DNA from: Squalus acanthias
Taxonomy: Eukaryota
Direction of reading: 5' to 3'
Length of the DNA stretch: 64,000 nt
NCBI GenBank assembly: GCA_030390025.1
Contig: CM059432.1
Location: 65,908,001 to 65,972,000 of the forward strand
Notes under the pieces: model-generated
Seen by the model: the letters and a program-made list of their open reading frames with translations, nothing else
Told to the model about the DNA's origin: nothing
The model's database searches: none
Made by a program: the position numbers and the translations under genes
Shown: piece after piece, positions 58,640 to 64,000 of the stretch
Position numbering within the stretch: position 1 is the stretch's first letter
How the letters are laid out: every line of letters starts with the position of its first letter

Positions 58640-61039
58640 AAACATTTGGTTATCAACTTTATTTGTTACCATACAAAAAAACTGTATAGTATACAACACA
58701 TGTTTCTGTCTCCTTGTAAGAAATAGCAATTACATGAAGAGCCATCAATGTACAACCTACACAAACATAAAAAATGTATACTTCATCAGGGCTGAAAAAT
58801 GCAAATTTTACAATAAAGTCGAGCATTATTAATGCGGTCTGACACAACAAACAATTCAGTGCACGTTACAAAACACATCAAGTATGAACCAGTTGGAAAC
58901 AATAAATATTAATGTACTACACAGAGATACCTGAGCCAAAACATTGAACAGCACATTTAAATTAGCTTCAAGCAATTACAAATAATAGTTATGAATGAGT
59001 ACACAAAAGTGTAGACAATTACAAAATAATTATATTTTATATATAAAACTGAACTTAAAGACTTTTTTTTAAAAGCAGTGTTTTGCTTTAAGTTTCAGTA
59101 TATTACCACAGTATCATATTTATAAAACTGTCATTATTTTCACATGTGGTAGCAATTAATTCTTTGATGCTCACTATATTCAGCAGATACAGTATGACAG
59201 CAGTAACAATCTCATAGTAGGTACTTGAGCTCTGTGCTTTTTAAACAGGGCTCTGTGCCATTGTATATTTTTTTGAGGGGAAACTTTTCGAAACTACAGA
59301 CAAATCGCTTCAGGACCCAACTCTTCCAAATAGTAAGGTCATAGAAAAATGATGTGCCATATATGCATGTCGTACTGCAATAAGAATTCAGTGCACACAT
59401 TGTCACTGCATTTACAGATTTGCCTTGAAGTTCTGGAGGAATCAGGTCCATTTGTACTTTTTGTGGGTTGCTTTATTTTAACGATCACATCATTAATGAC
59501 GTGACTAAGTTGACAAGATCTAATAGTGGTTACTTGTACCTCAGCACAAATACCAGAACAGAAAACAAGCGGAAATGAGCAGGAAGTGGGATTGAATTAC
59601 TTTGCATCATGAGGACGGTGCTGTTGATAAGTTGCTTTCAAAGTGGAATTAGTCTTCTTGGAAGTTTTGTAGAAGTGAAATATATAGGACTGATTATAGA
59701 TCTAAAACTTAAAAGGGCAATAGTGGATAAATTGTCTTGCAAAACAAATAAACAAAAAGTGTTCTGAGTAAATCAGTGATGTGATGGTGTCACTACACCA
59801 GTGATCAGCTCTGCTGTTAGTGTGAGCAAATGAAAACCACATTCTTATGTGACATGTTGAAACAGGTTTAATTTCTTCTGCACTGAGGGTAGAGTTTCAG
59901 CAACTAAATTTGTAGCTTTCCAAGTAGAAAACAATTCCTTCCCTTTTTACAATTCATTCTACATGGTATAAAGTTTAAAATGATCAGATTCAAACCATGT
60001 ATTTTTAATTCAAAGTTGCTCAAATCAAATGATCTGTTAATTGAAAATGTGCAAAAATATTTTTCCATTGAAGATCAATTGGTTAATTCCAATTTGAAAT
60101 TCCACCCAAATTGGTCTTGACCAGTGAAATCTGCTGCTTAATTCAAGTTCAACCAGGTTCAAGCAGTCCAGAACAGCTCAGCTTCCTGCACTATCAGACC
60201 TCGCCTTGCTGGAAAAGGCAAATGAATTTGCCCAAGAATTTGGAACGGACCCTGTTTCTGCACTGTGGATCAACCACTACAACAACCATCACGCAATCAA
60301 GTCCAGGTCCACACACGGGGAGGGAGCAAGTGATGTTCCCACGGAAAGCGTCAACAAATGGGTGCGGGATAAACATTCCTGAAATGTTATCTTCTTGTAA
60401 CCCCAGCAACATTTTTAATGCTAATGAAACAGACCATTTTATAAGCAGCTCCCAAGCATGAGCTTTCATCAATGAAAGACACTCAGGTAGGAAAAAAGCC
60501 GAGTATCAAATTACTGTAACGGTTTGTGCTTGCATGACGTGAAGGAGGAGGGGTTAAAAAAAAGCTGCTGCGGAATTCCAACCTGCTCCTCACCGCCACC
60601 CCACCATGTTTGAATGGTGCTGTTACTCTCCTGTAACCTACAGCAACAATAATAAGACATGGATGACTGAGAAGTGGCTGCATCACTTTCACTGAGGCAT
60701 GACATCGCAAGACAGAAACTAGTTGCCTTGATAGTTGACAACTTAAATCACCTGTATCTAAAAGCAGAATCCAATGTCAACTACTTTTGGCGCTGTAAGT
60801 TCATTCCATTAGCAACTGCATCTAACACAGTTGAGGATCCCACACATGCACCCATGGTTCACTCTGAAGCAGCAAACCTCTTTGAGCTTACGAGTTCTCT
60901 GTTGTGACTGCCAGCAGATGTGAGGTTTGATAAAGGAGTCCAGGTGTTTAGATTCCTGACTGATAAAGAAACTGCTGACTCTGTGTGGGAGGATGCTGCT
61001 ATTACTGGTAAAAGTAAGAAAGAGGCCCAAGTGAGTGGA
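58640..61039 (-). other. Putative long 3' UTR of a minus-strand host gene
   Basis: AATAAA on the minus strand at 58658-58663; AU-rich; no TE recognised over ~2.4 kb. Confidence 0.4.
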
Positions 61040-61117
61040 TCAATAAGCAGACAGATGTAGAGGTACCTGCTTCCACCACACCTTCTGTGCAACTGCTGAA
61101 AAATGGCTAACAGACAC
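61040..61117 (-). CDS. Possible terminal coding exon (VSVSHFSAVAQKVWWKQVPLHLSAY*), gene not identified
   Basis: ttgccttag acceptor followed by 25 codons and TGA, directly upstream of the putative UTR; weak pyrimidine tract; phase assumed. Confidence 0.25.
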   Translation of the reverse strand: MSVSHFSAVAQKVWWKQVPLHLSAY

Positions 61118-63479
61118 CTAAGGCAAATGTCCCGATTGAATTTTTCTCTGCGCTAAAGACTTTGTGGATAAATGTGCAAGCCACAATCACAGAGTATTTT
61201 GAAAAATGACTGAACTTTGTGCTCAGGTTTTCATCATACACATTTCAACAGTTACTTTTAAATGGCTAAAAGCGGCCATATACGTTGTTTCACCAGGGTT
61301 TCTGCTAATCTGCTACTGAAACTATAGCAGGAGATCAGAAGAACCCCATCTAAATTCAGGGACCTGATACACTGTTTCACTAAAATTGCTTAATTTGATT
61401 TATTGGATAATCTGTCTGGGTCCACATGAAGATGTGAAAAAAATAACACCTTTTTGGTGTTAATCCACATCGGGCCTGCTCAACTCAGGGCAGCCCAATT
61501 TAGCAGAGAGGTCCTAAATCAGGTGTTAGGTCACTCAGTAACATATGCAAGGGGCCTATTGCCTGTTTTAGGCGCCTACCCGGGATTTCTACAAAGCCGC
61601 CTTTACCAATATGGTTGCACCATAACACGGGCGCGGAATGTTACCCCCGAAATTGGACCTATTTTCCCCCCGTTTTCTGCCCAGAAAACAAGTGCAAAGT
61701 GGACCAATTTCTACCACTATACCTTTTTCTTTTAGCAAAAAGCATCTTTGAATTAGAAGTAGACTGTACTTAGAACAAATTTTAAAGGACCCCTTGTTAT
61801 GAAAAGCTGCCAAATGTTTTATGTTCAGAGCAGATAAAGATGAGACATGCCATTTTTGGCACATATAAATGGTGCAGTGATGCATTTTGCATCACTATGT
61901 TATGTGATAATAAACAAATGAAAAAATGTTTGATAAACACTATTTTATGAAGATGGTTCAATAACAGTTCCTAAAAGCAAGTACTATAGTAACAACAAAC
62001 AGTCGTCATGAAATAACTTGAGCAGTGTATTATTAAACTCAAAGGGCAAAACAGCCGCAACATTAATTAACCAAAAGCAATTCTGACAGTCTGTCCACAC
62101 TATGGCTCATATTTTCCTCTGTGTATAAAATATAACTCTAAGGGTGGAGCAAGAGCAATAGAAAGTAATGATTTTACTGCTACTTTGAGTCTTGCCTCCA
62201 TGATAAAATGGATGTGACACGTCGGGATTGTCACCCTCCGAAATAATGTCATTGGCGAATTTCTCGAGGGCAGCCTGTTTTACATATTTTGGGTAGGCTT
62301 TTAGTGGGATTCCCGCCTACATGGGAAAGCTCCCCTGCACCCCCTTGGGGGGAAAGTGGCTGCTGTGGGTTTTGGACACCAGCAGCAGTGGAGTGAGACC
62401 TGCGGCCTGTGAGACAGGAAAAGGTAGCCTGACATTTTTGGGCCCAAATTTTGTTCTTTGTGCACTTTTGCATCGAAGCAAACTGTGTTTTGTAATTGAG
62501 ACATGAAATCACCTTAGTCACTTAGTCAAGTAGAGCAGTTAGACTCACACTGCCATTCACTGTTAGGGGTGCCCTGTGTTACAGTTGGTTGGGGATCATT
62601 GCTATCTGAGGTGTTTCCTGCAGCCACTGTGGAGGGACACGCATTGGCCCAGAACTGCTGATAGTATTACATGACTGTTCCTGTGCTTCTTCATGCACAC
62701 CACTATTGAAAGCTACTTCTCCCTTTGCAAATAAAGGGCTAATTCCATTGGTTTTAATGGACTCAAGTCAAAATGCCAGTTGCATGCCTTTTTGCTTCAG
62801 ATGACTCTGTGCAAAACAGATTTGTTTATGGGACGGAAAGAAAATTGGCCATTTAGACTGCACATTTAAAAATGCTCCAGTCAGGCTTGTCAGTATGCTA
62901 AATTGGTGTTTAAAGATTATAAATGATCATTTCAAGTTGATTAAAACTTTTGAAAAAAAGACAAGGCCAGGACATGACATTCTGCTTAACAGCATTTTTG
63001 AGAAATATAAGGAACTTTTTGAGTTGGTGGGGTTAGTCCCCAAACTTCCAGCAGACACAAAAGGGTAGATTTCCTCCTTCGCTGCGCCTGGGGAATGCTC
63101 AGTTCTCAGATGCAGTGGAGAGGAAGCGGGAGTAGAGACCCATTACACCAGATCTCCTCCACCACCACAATGCTGCCCTGGGATTTCTGGGGGTTCCCTC
63201 AGTGGGTGGCACTGGTAGTGGGGCATTCGCCAGGACTCTACTCAGACTGTGGAGGGTCTGTGGGGGTCTCAGGAACACCTCAAAGTTGGAGCCTGGCTAA
63301 AGGTGACGTTATGTTCTTACTTCTTTATTTATAGGTGGATCTTCAAGTCCAGAGGCCATCTAAACCTTGATGCCAATGGCCAGGAGCACACCTGATGTAG
63401 ATGCTGACCTCTCTGGCCTGCAACTGTGCTCCTGTTTCCACTCCCTGTTCCCAGCTCAGTCCTGCCAGTGGGTAAGCCT

Positions 63480-63669
63480 GCAATGGAAGAGCCATGCAAA
63501 TAGTTTGGACCAGAAGATTTGGCTGCCCTCTGCCTGTACACTATGCGTGTCTGTGGAACGAGAGGACAATTGGCAGTATGCCACAAACTGGATCAAGTCG
63601 AGGTCAAGCAATAGGACGGTCAGGTATCAGGTTCAGAAGAAGTTTCATGATTTGAAAAGCAGCACTTAG
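63480..63669 (+). pseudogene. Decayed Myb/SANT exon
   Basis: WQYATNWIKSRSSNRTVRYQVQKKFHDLK. Confidence 0.5.
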
Positions 63670-64000
63670 ATATGGCAAGAATATCACCCTGTCTTAATAT
63701 GGAGATATAGGCCAGAATTTTTCCCTTAGGGCGCATAGTGGGTTGCCATCACAAAGTTTTCAACAGCGCGTTCTGCACTGTGCGTTTAACTGAATTAGAT
63801 CAATTGAATGAGTCATGCGGGTTTCCCGGCCAATTAACTGGAGCGGGTCTGATGATGTCACCGATGACTCGCTTTCAGCTCTGATATTTAAAGGAGTCTT
63901 GCACACATCAGCGTTGAAGGTTGTTGTAGGAGGCTTAGAGGTGGTTGGGAGAGGTGGCTATTCTTATCTATCGAAGACTCTTGTGAGGGTGCAAGGAAGG

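Noticed and set aside
61130..64000. Further MITE-like ends (~61130-61715, ~62220, ~63710 onward; also ~54939 and ~55411)
   Set aside because: Partner TIRs or TSDs could not be matched with confidence

Overview
Eukaryotic, transposon-saturated vertebrate DNA, most likely a cartilaginous fish (inferred from shark-type CR1 and L2 tails, Deu-domain SINEs and a Penelope end). No complete host gene is recognisable. The main content is a PIF/Harbinger DNA-transposon system: two ~4.2-kb full-length copies in opposite orientation (2417-6573 and 24105-28375). Each has intact TIRs, a 3-bp TSD, an uninterrupted DDE transposase and a convergent three-exon Myb/SANT partner gene (462 and 458 aa after GT-AG splicing), whose first intron holds a variable 54-bp repeat. 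Around them lie deletion derivatives, MITEs and decayed Myb/transposase relics of several Harbinger subfamilies. Six resolvable TSDs are not the textbook TWA, but share a weak palindromic flank. Also present: a dead Gypsy element (137-bp LTRs, 5-bp TSD, tRNA-Ser PBS), four solo-LTR-like inserts, many CR1/L2 fragments, a LINE that appears to have a tRNA-like head and no ORF1, a Penelope 3' end with a minimal hammerhead ribozyme, and a TE-free stretch (~58.6-61.1 kb) that may be a minus-strand host 3' UTR. All calls were made by eye; boundaries of decayed repeats are approximate.
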